Shown: piece after piece, positions 1 to 7,326 of the stretch
Layout of the letters: the number at the start of each line of letters is the position of its first letter
How positions within the stretch are numbered: the stretch's first letter is position 1
Source: Nannocystales bacterium
GTDB lineage: Bacteria; Myxococcota_A; Polyangia; Nannocystales; Nannocystaceae
Assembly (NCBI GenBank): GCA_050633305.1
Contig: JBOEGF010000015.1
Coordinates: 253,489-265,246, forward strand
Reading direction: 5' to 3'
DNA length: 11,758 bases
Program-made: the position numbers and the translations under genes
The notes under the pieces: model-generated
Databases searched by the model: none
Told to the model about the DNA's origin: nothing
What the model saw: only the letters and a program-made list of their open reading frames with translations

Positions 1-50
1 CCAAGAAAAAGGTCGCCAAGAAGGCCGCCAAGCGCCGCACCAAGAAGTAG
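1..50 (+). CDS. 3' end of a Lys/Ala-rich basic protein (histone-like / HU-type tail), partial
   Basis: Frame from nt 3 reads KKKVAKKAAKRRTKK then TAG (48-50) with high-GC codon usage, and is followed immediately by a terminator. The N-terminus lies outside the window. Confidence 0.7.
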   Translation, partial: KKKVAKKAAKRRTKK

Positions 51-69
51 TCCTTCGGGATAGCTTCTT

Positions 70-110
70 CGCCGCCGCTACCGGTTCTCCGGTCGGCGGC
101 GTTGTTGTTT
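70..110 (+). terminator. Rho-independent terminator
   Basis: CGCCGCCG(70-77)/CGGCGGCG(94-101) outer stem and ACCGG/CCGGT inner stem with a TTCT loop, followed by TTGTTGTTT. Confidence 0.75.
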
Positions 111-196
111 AACCGTCGTGACCTCGCGGGCTCAATTTCATTGAGCGTTATCGCGCTTCGAGCGGATGCCGGCCCGCGGACGCGGCATTCCCCCGA

Positions 197-293
197 AGCG
201 CGGAAGTGACCTCATCGGTCGACTCGCCGGCTTCCGTCCGGGTCACGGATTCGGCGTTCGGGAGGAGCGCGGAAGCGACCTCGTCGGTCGACT
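197..293. repeat. Two-copy 28-bp direct repeat, 69-bp period
   Basis: AGCGCGGAAGTGACCTCATCGGTCGACT (197-224) vs AGCGCGGAAGCGACCTCGTCGGTCGACT (266-293), 26/28 identical. Confidence 0.8.
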
Positions 294-311
294 TCGCGCC
301 CAGCCGCGACG

Positions 312-1064
312 CTAGCTCAGGGCGTCAGACGTGGCGTCGAGGTTCGCGAGGGCTTTGGGGCCGGCGAAGACGAACGTGCTGCCGGGCACGACATCGGCGT
401 GGTCGACGAGCGCGTCGAGTTGATCTGCAGAGAGCCGGGGTCGTCGACCCATCGCGTCGACTCGCTGCCACGCGGACGGGTGGTAGAGCACCTCGGGGTT
501 GCTCGGCTCAACGTTGGGTCGACCAGCGACAAACGCGGGGCCCATCGCGGTGATGCCGAGACTCGCGGAGAGTGCTGCGGCCTCGGGTGCGGACCACAGT
601 CCTTCGGGCTCCCAGACGATTCCGTAGCCTTCCGCGCCGCGACGTTCGACGAATGTCTGCAGTCGCTTGCGACCGATCGCACCGGGGGTGAGGCTCGCGG
701 GCGTGCGGAGGGCGATGCGCTTCGCACCCAATGCTTCGTAGCAGGGCCGGACAGCTTCCCAGGCTCGACTGACTTCGTCGGTGTCCTGCAGGCCTCCGAA
801 GTTGCGGGGCTCGCCGTCGAGCGACCGCGAACTGAGGCCGCGCAGACCATCGTCGGGGCCGTGGCTCAGCAGGTGCCACGCAAAGGGGATGACCTCGGCG
901 TTGGGGAACAAGCGGCGGACCTGATTGGCCCATCGTGCAGCGGCGCCCGCCCGAGGTGGCTCGAACAGCGTGCGCTCCAGCAGCACGACGTCGACCTGTG
1001 GCAGGGGCTTACGTTGGCGTCGGGCGTTGTTGTCCGACAGCAGAACTCCGAGATTGACCCCCAT
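312..1064 (-). CDS. Divergent DUF72-like TIM-barrel protein
   Basis: Motif order matches DUF72 as I recall it: LLERTLFEPP...ARW...FAWHLLSH...DEVSRAWE...ALGAKRIALRTPASL...WEPEGLW. ATG 1064 is chosen because an extended -10 (TGcTAGCGT) lies 11 nt upstream. Confidence 0.7.
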   Translation of the reverse strand: MGVNLGVLLSDNNARRQRKPLPQVDVVLLERTLFEPPRAGAAARWANQVRRLFPNAEVIPFAWHLLSHGPDDGLRGLSSRSLDGEPRNFGGLQDTDEVSRAWEAVRPCYEALGAKRIALRTPASLTPGAIGRKRLQTFVERRGAEGYGIVWEPEGLWSAPEAAALSASLGITAMGPAFVAGRPNVEPSNPEVLYHPSAWQRVDAMGRRPRLSADQLDALVDHADVVPGSTFVFAGPKALANLDATSDALS

Positions 1065-1229
1065 GCGAGCCGGGGACGCTAGCAGGCCGGGGTGCAACTG
1101 GCCACTCGCATCTCATCTGGGACCGTGTGGGGACCCTGCGGGCTCTGGACCCCCCGTAGGCCCAGACACGGCGGAGATGCACCGAAAGAGAACACCCCCG
1201 GTTCGGTCGAGGGCCTGGACCTTGACGGG

Positions 1230-2876
1230 TCAGTCTTCGTCGCCGGGGACCTCGCACTCGAGCTCGTCTGGAAGATAGTCGTCGCTCTCCGGGGCCGCGG
1301 GTACGCCCTCGGGCAGCTGCCCCTCGAGGCTGGCGACGATGCTGCTGTGGGATTGCTCGTTGGCAAGGTTGACCCACTCGTGGGGATCGCTGTCGTGGTC
1401 GTACAGCTCGTGAGTGCCGTCGAGGTAGCGCGTGTACCTCCAGCGCCGGGTCCGGACCGAGTGGTTGCCCGCGTCCCAGGTCGTGATCGCCCCCTGCGCT
1501 CGGGCGGCTCCGGGGTTCTCGATCAGCGGGACCAGGCTGGTGCCGTCGAGATGCTCGACGTCCACCAGGTCGAACAGCTCCGCCAGCGTCGGAAAGATGT
1601 CGACCAGGCTGACCGGTTCGAAGGTGCGGTGTCCGACGACACCGGGTAGCCGGATCATCAGGGGCACGCGCGTGGCTTCCTCCCACAAGGAGAACTTTCG
1701 CCAGTGCATCTTTTCACCGAGGTGCCAACCGTGGTCGGACCACACCACCACGGCGGTGGTGTCGGCGAGCGGACTGCTCTCGAGCGCGGCGATGAGCTGG
1801 CCGAACATGTCGTCCGCGAACGCTACCGACGCGAGGTATCCGTGGACCGACTCTCGCCAGGCCCCCGCGCCGACAATGCGCTCGTGGTCCCCGAACTGCC
1901 GGAACACTTCGAGCGCGACCTCGGGGATGTCGGCGTAGTCGGTGTCGAGGAACGGAGGCAGCGCGATCTCGTCTTCGTAGAACCGGTCGAAGTAGCGCAG
2001 CGGCACGTACCAAGGCAGATGGGGCCGGAAGAGCCCCGCGCCGAACATGGTCGGCGTGCCGTCGTGTCGGGCCATCTGCTCGGTGATGTATGCGACGACC
2101 TGCTCGTCGCCCATCTCGGCTTTATCGACGAGCGGGCCCCAGTCCATACGGCCCGAACCTTCAACGCCATTGGCGGGAAGGTCAGGAGGGGAAGGGTCGT
2201 CAGGTCGGGCGTCGCAGAAGGCGGGGAAGTAGTCGTGCCACGCGTGTGGCTGCATGGGGTTGCCATGGAACAGCTTGCCCGCGCCGAGCGTGCGAAAGCC
2301 GGAATCGCGGAACGCAGACGGGATGGTCTGCCCCGAGCCCAGGACCGGAGACCAAGGGTGCACGTTGCGGTAGATGCCCGTGGTGGAGGGGCGGAGTCCG
2401 GTCATGACGGACGTGCGCGACGGGTTGCACGACGGCGCGGCGCAATGCGCATTCATGAACGTGGTCGCGTTGCGAGCAAAGTGATCGAGGTTGGGGGTCA
2501 ACGCGTTGGGGTGCCCACCCATGAACCCGACGTAGTCGTTGAGGTCGTCGATCGAGATGAACAGCAGGTTCTCGAGCCTGGGACGAGCCGGCGGTTTGTC
2601 GATGGGTTCGAACGGCCCGCCGACGTCGAAGGAGGTCGGTGGCCCGAGGTCCACTCGCTCCGGGGGAAGGTCGGTGGGCGGAAGGTCGGTGGGCGGAAGG
2701 TCGGCAGGGCCAGGTACGTCGAGGCGGAATCCCCCCGAGGTCGAACCGGTCCCGGTCGTTCCCATGCCTTCGATCGAGGCGGGAGGATCGCTACAGCCTG
2801 CGAGCAGCCGCCCCACCGAGCTGAGCGCGCCCGCCGCAAACGTTCTGCGCCGCATGTGCCGCCATTTCTCGTCCAT
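1230..2876 (-). CDS. Formylglycine-dependent (S1) sulfatase, iduronate-2-sulfatase/choline-sulfatase-like, predicted Tat-exported lipoprotein
   Basis: NLLFISIDDL, catalytic CxPxR signature (CNPSRTSVMTG), GKLFH, RPHLPW, SDHGWHLGEK and ELYDHDSDPHEWVNLA motifs. N-terminus has RRRTF plus lipobox LAGC. Alternative start ATG 2855. Confidence 0.92.
   Translation of the reverse strand: MDEKWRHMRRRTFAAGALSSVGRLLAGCSDPPASIEGMGTTGTGSTSGGFRLDVPGPADLPPTDLPPTDLPPERVDLGPPTSFDVGGPFEPIDKPPARPRLENLLFISIDDLNDYVGFMGGHPNALTPNLDHFARNATTFMNAHCAAPSCNPSRTSVMTGLRPSTTGIYRNVHPWSPVLGSGQTIPSAFRDSGFRTLGAGKLFHGNPMQPHAWHDYFPAFCDARPDDPSPPDLPANGVEGSGRMDWGPLVDKAEMGDEQVVAYITEQMARHDGTPTMFGAGLFRPHLPWYVPLRYFDRFYEDEIALPPFLDTDYADIPEVALEVFRQFGDHERIVGAGAWRESVHGYLASVAFADDMFGQLIAALESSPLADTTAVVVWSDHGWHLGEKMHWRKFSLWEEATRVPLMIRLPGVVGHRTFEPVSLVDIFPTLAELFDLVDVEHLDGTSLVPLIENPGAARAQGAITTWDAGNHSVRTRRWRYTRYLDGTHELYDHDSDPHEWVNLANEQSHSSIVASLEGQLPEGVPAAPESDDYLPDELECEVPGDED
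2665..2704. repeat. 15-bp tandem repeat encoding (P[A/T]DLP)n linker
   Basis: About 2.7 copies of GGAAGGTCGGTGGGC, giving PADLPPTDLPPTDLPP in the sulfatase N-terminal linker. Confidence 0.85.
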
Positions 2877-2941
2877 CCTAGGACGGCGACGCTAGCACCG
2901 AAGTTCGAGGGCGCCCGCCGGCGCGTGTCCCGGCGGACAGG

Positions 2942-4501
2942 TCAGGCGCCAGGCTTGTAGCGAGGCACCCACACTGTGACGACAGTTCCACGATCCCCGT
3001 TCGTGTCCAGCGTGACTCGGCCCTTGAGGCTGCGAACGATGTCGTTGACCACCGGAAGCCCCAGGCCTGTGCCTCCCGACCCTTTGGTCGTGAAGAATGG
3101 TTCGAACACTCGCGCCCGCAGCTCTTCCGCAATGCCGGCTCCGTCATCGCGAACCTCGAGCACGCCCCAGTCGTGTTCGTACCAGGTGCAGATTTCGATC
3201 GTACCCCGGTCGCTGCCATCGCCATCGCCGAGTGCGTCGATCGCGTTGGTGATGAGGTTCAACGCGATCTGGTGCACCTCGTCCTTGTCGGCGTGGACCA
3301 CGACCTCTTCGTCGCCGCGTTGCTCGAACGAGAGCTTGATGCGACGAAGCTTCCCGGCGCGACGGAGCAGCGCGAGGATTCCGTCGATGGAGACGGCGAT
3401 CACCACGGCGCCGCGGGTTCGTACGCGCGGCCGCAGTGGTTCGAGGATCTGCTCGACGTGTTGGTGCACGCGCCGAACGCTCTCGCGCATGATGCCGATC
3501 ATCCCGGAGCCCACCGGGTCCGCGCTGCCTTTCTCGATCATGGTGAGGTAGCCGAGCAGCGGGCCGAGCTCGTTCTTGATCTCGTGTGCGGCGCTGCCAG
3601 CGAGCAAGCCGATCGTGGCGAGTCGGTCCGCTTGCTGGAGCTGGCGGCTGAGCTGCTCGTAGGCGATCTCGTAGTAGAGAAGTGCGAGGACGTAGCGGGT
3701 GCGTTCCTCCCCGTCGACCTGCGGCATTTCGCAGACCGACAAGCTCATCTTGGCGGGAAGGTGCCGGCCGCGTCCGGCGTAGACGGTGACCTCGCCGCGC
3801 CAATGACTGGAGCTGGCGGGTCCCTTGGCCAAAGCCACGACCCGGTCCTGAATGTCGCCCTCGGTCGGGTGGGGCTCGAACAGCTCTCGAATGTCGATGT
3901 CGAGCAGCTCGTACAGCGGCTCCCCGACCAGGGCCACGAAGCTCTCCGACGCATCGACCAATCGACCTGCCTCGTCGAGCACCAAGATGCCCTCGACCGC
4001 CCGGTCGTACAGGACCGACAGAAGCATCGCCGTCTTCTGGTGCCGAATCGCGAGCTGGCGGTGCTCCTCTTGGAGGCGGACCTGCGCGTGTTTCTCGACC
4101 GTCGTCTCCTGGCGGTGCTCGATCGCTCGGCTCACCGTCTCGAGCAGTTGCGCCCGTGACACCGGCTTGGTGAGGTAGTCGAACGCGTGCTCGCGCACCG
4201 CCTCCGCGGCTGCTTGAACGCTTTGGTCCGCGGTCACGATGATGACCGGCAGGTCGGCGTCCACAGTCTCGATGTGCTTGAGCAGATCGAGACCCGTCCC
4301 GCCGGGCATGAGGAGGTCGGTGACGACAACGTCGAACTCACCGGCGTTTTCGAAGCGCTCGAGTGCTTGGTCGAAGTCCCCCGCGACCGTCACCTCGTAC
4401 CCGCTCTTGCGCAGCGAGAGTGCCAGCGCGTGTACGACGAGCGGATCGTCCTCCACGAGGAGGACCGAGTTGTTCACCCTCTGGTCGTCGGCTGTCGTCA
4501 C
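2942..4501 (-). CDS. Cytoplasmic hybrid sensor kinase: REC - PAS - HisKA - HATPase_c
   Basis: REC (LLVEDD, TDLLMPG, YLTKP), PAS (EGILVLDEAGRLVDAS...WRGEV), H-box AHEIKNEL, N-box NLITNAIDA, G1 DDGAGI, F FEPFFTTK, G2 GTGLGL. GTG 4501 overlaps the upstream TGA (GTGA coupling). Confidence 0.92.
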   Translation of the reverse strand: MTTADDQRVNNSVLLVEDDPLVVHALALSLRKSGYEVTVAGDFDQALERFENAGEFDVVVTDLLMPGGTGLDLLKHIETVDADLPVIIVTADQSVQAAAEAVREHAFDYLTKPVSRAQLLETVSRAIEHRQETTVEKHAQVRLQEEHRQLAIRHQKTAMLLSVLYDRAVEGILVLDEAGRLVDASESFVALVGEPLYELLDIDIRELFEPHPTEGDIQDRVVALAKGPASSSHWRGEVTVYAGRGRHLPAKMSLSVCEMPQVDGEERTRYVLALLYYEIAYEQLSRQLQQADRLATIGLLAGSAAHEIKNELGPLLGYLTMIEKGSADPVGSGMIGIMRESVRRVHQHVEQILEPLRPRVRTRGAVVIAVSIDGILALLRRAGKLRRIKLSFEQRGDEEVVVHADKDEVHQIALNLITNAIDALGDGDGSDRGTIEICTWYEHDWGVLEVRDDGAGIAEELRARVFEPFFTTKGSGGTGLGLPVVNDIVRSLKGRVTLDTNGDRGTVVTVWVPRYKPGA

Positions 4502-5106
4502 GAGGGCGGTGACTCCAGACGAATCTCGAGTCGCGCTTCGGAGCTCTCGACCGAGCCTTCGTTCGCGAGGATGTCCGCGACGCGCTCCGTCGCTGCGGGC
4601 GACCACGTCAGCGAAGTGCTCTCCGCGTCGACGAGGGTCGCGGTTGTGGTCGGTCCGTCCACCACGAGACGCGCGCTGAACGGCCCTGTCGCGCTCTCGG
4701 CGGTCTCGATCATCGCCATGAACAGGGCGACGACGGCCAGGCCAGTGGACGGGGGTCCGTCGTAGTCGCGCTCGACTCCGACCTCGAGGGCGATGCGGTG
4801 GCGCTCGCTTCGGCGCGCGAACATGGCATCGGTTCGCTCGATCGCCGCCGACAGCTTGGTCGGGCGGTCGGTGTTCCGGACCAGTGCGGCGTAGGCGTGG
4901 AGGAGGTCGCGCATTCGCTCCGCGGCTTGGAGCGATTGCTGCGCACGTCGGGGACCCTCGCCTGGCTCGTCGCCCTCGATGCCGAGCTCACACAGCACCG
5001 TGATCGACTGGAGCGGGTTGCTCAGGTCATGCGTGAGGATCGCTGCAAGGCCGAGCAATGTCGTTCGCTCTGCCACCGCCTTCCGACTAGCCGCCCGTTC
5101 GTCCAC
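4498..5106 (-). CDS. Stand-alone DHp (HisKA) protein with degenerate ATPase-like C-terminal domain; putative histidine phosphotransferase/pseudokinase
   Basis: H-box THDLSNPLQSI (His26) and a second helix AAERMRDLL. No N-box Asn, DxGxG or GxGLG motifs are visible and there is no sensor domain. Its stop is coupled to the hybrid kinase start. Confidence 0.78.
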   Translation of the reverse strand: MDERAASRKAVAERTTLLGLAAILTHDLSNPLQSITVLCELGIEGDEPGEGPRRAQQSLQAAERMRDLLHAYAALVRNTDRPTKLSAAIERTDAMFARRSERHRIALEVGVERDYDGPPSTGLAVVALFMAMIETAESATGPFSARLVVDGPTTTATLVDAESTSLTWSPAATERVADILANEGSVESSEARLEIRLESPPS

Positions 5107-5165
5107 TGCCCGACTCTATCGAGCCCCCCTACCGCGCACCACCGGTGTATGGTCCGCGTTCGAGA

Positions 5166-5813
5166 ATGGGCCGCCGCGTTCGACAACACGTCAATCCGCT
5201 TGCGCTGAGGTACACGACCGCCCGCGCGACCCCTGTCGAGCGCCCGTCCCACCTTGGGCCGGACTGTCCAATCGACGTCGAGCTTGGGTGTGCAGATGGC
5301 CAGTTCAGCTTCCAGCTGGCGGAAGCTGCGCCTGAGCGTTTCGTGGTTGGTCTGGAGATTCGAGAGAAGGTCCTCGAGATCAACCGCCGCAAAGTCGAAG
5401 CAGCGGGTCTGCGCAACCTGTCGTTTGGCTACGTCAACATGGACGTCGACCTCGACCGCGTGTTCGAGCCCCAAACGGTCGACCGCTTTCACATCTTGTA
5501 CCCGGACCCCTGGTTCAAGAACCGCCACCACAAGCGACGCGTCGTGAAGCTGGAGCTGTGTCAGACGATGGCGCGTCAGCTCCGACCGGGCGGCGAGTTG
5601 CACTTCGCGAGCGACGTCTACGAAGTTGCCCTCGAAGCGCTCAGTGAGCTCGAAACCCCGGAGGTCGAAGCGTTGGGGTTCACCAACATGGCGGGCGAGT
5701 GGAGCTTCTGGCGCGGCAACCCATACCCCGCCGCGTCGAAGCGTGAAGACACCACCCTCCGTCGTGGCCAGCGGCCGTGGCGGATTCGATACCGCTACAA
5801 CCCGCCGACCTGA
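5166..5813 (+). CDS. trmB: tRNA (guanine-N7-)-methyltransferase (m7G46)
   Basis: RVRQHVNPL N-terminus, VELGCADGQF SAM motif, GLEIR, YPDPWFKNRHHKRR, LRPGGELHFASDV and SKRE motifs. Confidence 0.95.
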   Translation: MGRRVRQHVNPLALRYTTARATPVERPSHLGPDCPIDVELGCADGQFSFQLAEAAPERFVVGLEIREKVLEINRRKVEAAGLRNLSFGYVNMDVDLDRVFEPQTVDRFHILYPDPWFKNRHHKRRVVKLELCQTMARQLRPGGELHFASDVYEVALEALSELETPEVEALGFTNMAGEWSFWRGNPYPAASKREDTTLRRGQRPWRIRYRYNPPT

Positions 5814-5820
5814 AGCGTCG

Positions 5821-6333
5821 CTACTGTGCGGGTGCGAGTTCGGCCGCGGTCGGGAGACTCATCGCGTCGTCCAAGCCTTCGCAGTTCTCGTAGGCGTTGG
5901 CAGCCGAGCGCCGCTCCGCAGCTCCGTCTCCGGCGCTGTTCATCTTCTCGACGATGGCGTCGACGCAGGAGCAATACGAGAGCGCCTCGTCTCGCACGCC
6001 GTCCTCGTCGCACCGGTCTTGTTGAAGCTCGGCTGCCCAGGCGTTGAAGTGTGGCCGGCAGTCCAGGCTGGGGAACTCGACGCCCCAAACACACCCGCAC
6101 AGCCCCTCGTCACGCACGACGTCGATACGACCCCCGCACAACTCCCGCATGTACTCGTCCGTTGCCCGCAGCCGGACATCGAGGTCCCGCGCTCCACCGA
6201 GAACCGTCCCGATGAACGCGGGGATGACCCAGCCTCCGATCACCGCGACGACGGGCGCCGCGAGCAGGAGTCCAATAATCATCCCGGGAACCCGCGAACG
6301 GGGCGGATCGTCGATGTCTGCGAGCATCGGCAT
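5821..6333 (-). CDS. Hypothetical membrane-anchored Cys-rich protein
   Basis: High-GC3 ORF with a hydrophobic segment (MIIGLLLAAPVVAVIGGWVIPAFIGTVLGG) followed by a domain with 8 Cys. TAGACT -10 lies 9 nt upstream. Confidence 0.75.
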   Translation of the reverse strand: MPMLADIDDPPRSRVPGMIIGLLLAAPVVAVIGGWVIPAFIGTVLGGARDLDVRLRATDEYMRELCGGRIDVVRDEGLCGCVWGVEFPSLDCRPHFNAWAAELQQDRCDEDGVRDEALSYCSCVDAIVEKMNSAGDGAAERRSAANAYENCEGLDDAMSLPTAAELAPAQ

Positions 6334-6505
6334 GGGTTGGGCAGTCTAACGGGCGGGCCCCGGATGCGCTTTCTCTGCGCCACTCGCGCCATCACAAAGT
6401 GGGGAGCCATCCCAGGCGTGTGACGACTGCGCACAGACCCCCTTGTGAAGGCAGGGACCGCATATGATACTCCGCCACCAGCTTCGGGCCGAGGCTCTGC
6501 TTCTC

Positions 6506-7264
6506 ATGCGCATTCACGCCGTCATCGCCAATCTGACGTCTCCCACCCTCGCATTCGCGTTGGCGCTCGCGCCGACCGCCGCGGTGGCAGCGCCCGCCGA
6601 AGGCGATGCCGCGCCCGCCGAGGATGCCGCACCAGGGAGCGACGCTGCGCCAGCCGACGGCGACGCTGCTCCTGCGGACGGCGAAGCCGCACCCGCCGAC
6701 GGAGAAGCCGCTCCTGCGGACGGCGAAGCGGCACCCGCCGAGGGGGAAACTCCGGCCGAGCCGCCTGCCGAGGGCGAGGTCATGCCCGAGCCTCCCCCCG
6801 AGCCGGAGCCCGAACCGGAGCCCGAACCCGAGCCCGCCGCCGAGCCCGAGCCTGAGACTCCACCCGAGCCCGAGTACGACCCCGAGTCCGAAAAGCCGGA
6901 GGAGCCCACCATCAACGGCAAGCCGCGAACCGGCAAAGGCATGATGATCGCGGGTGGCTCCGCGCTTGCGGCAGGCATCGGCCTGACGATCGGCTTCGCT
7001 GCAATGACCCGCGGCTGCAGCCTCGATGGCCCGCTTCAGTGCCGCTACGAGTCGCAGGATGAGTTCCTGATCCCGCTGGGTGGCGCCGTGATTCTCACCG
7101 GCACCATCTTGTTGGCGGTCGGCGTCGGCTACCACTTCCACTACAAGAAGTGGGAAGCCTGGTCCCCCGAGGCCGACAAGAAGAAGCGTCGCCGTCGCGC
7201 AGCGATCCCCATGCCGACGCTCGTCAAGGGCGGCGGTGCGTTGGGCTGGTCCGGCCGTTTCTAG
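6506..7264 (+). CDS. Hypothetical envelope protein: signal peptide, acidic Ala/Pro/Glu repeat stalk, two Gly-rich hydrophobic helices, C-terminal ...GWSGRF
   Basis: LAFALALAPTAAVA signal-like segment, APADGEA and EP repeats, and two TM-like segments flanking a Cys-Cys loop. ATG 6464 overlaps a likely -10, so 6506 is preferred. Confidence 0.8.
   Translation: MRIHAVIANLTSPTLAFALALAPTAAVAAPAEGDAAPAEDAAPGSDAAPADGDAAPADGEAAPADGEAAPADGEAAPAEGETPAEPPAEGEVMPEPPPEPEPEPEPEPEPAAEPEPETPPEPEYDPESEKPEEPTINGKPRTGKGMMIAGGSALAAGIGLTIGFAAMTRGCSLDGPLQCRYESQDEFLIPLGGAVILTGTILLAVGVGYHFHYKKWEAWSPEADKKKRRRRAAIPMPTLVKGGGALGWSGRF
6590..6870 (+). repeat. Coding tandem repeats (21-bp APADGEA units with 42-bp higher-order period; 6-bp EP units)
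   Basis: 6668-6709 and 6710-6751 are near-identical 42-mers, followed by a (GAGCCC/GAACCG)n tract at about 6788-6871. Confidence 0.85.
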
Positions 7265-7283
7265 GTCGGCCCTCCCCCGGAGG

Positions 7284-7322
7284 AAAGCAGCAGCTCAGGC
7301 TTCGGCCAGAGCTGCTGTTTTT
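7284..7322. terminator. Probably bidirectional intrinsic terminator between convergent genes
   Basis: AAAG-CAGCAGCTC-a-GGC-TTCG-GCC-a-GAGCTGCTG-TTTTT, with a cUUCGg tetraloop on the + strand. Confidence 0.85.
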
Positions 7323-7326
7323 GATT

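Noticed and set aside
197..293. CRISPR array interpretation of the 28-bp repeat with 41-bp spacer
   Set aside because: Only two non-identical copies, no third copy at the expected period, no AT-rich leader and no cas genes in the window.
1704..2960. Long antisense ORFs (418 aa here; also 3173-4159, 8594-9766, 399-1082 and others)
   Set aside because: Shadow ORFs opposite well-supported genes, expected from high-GC codon bias, with no recognisable motifs.
4502..4606. N-terminal extension of the hybrid kinase to GTG 4606
   Set aside because: Overlaps the DHp gene by over 100 bp and is Arg-rich noise; the GTGA overlap at 4498-4501 is a better start.
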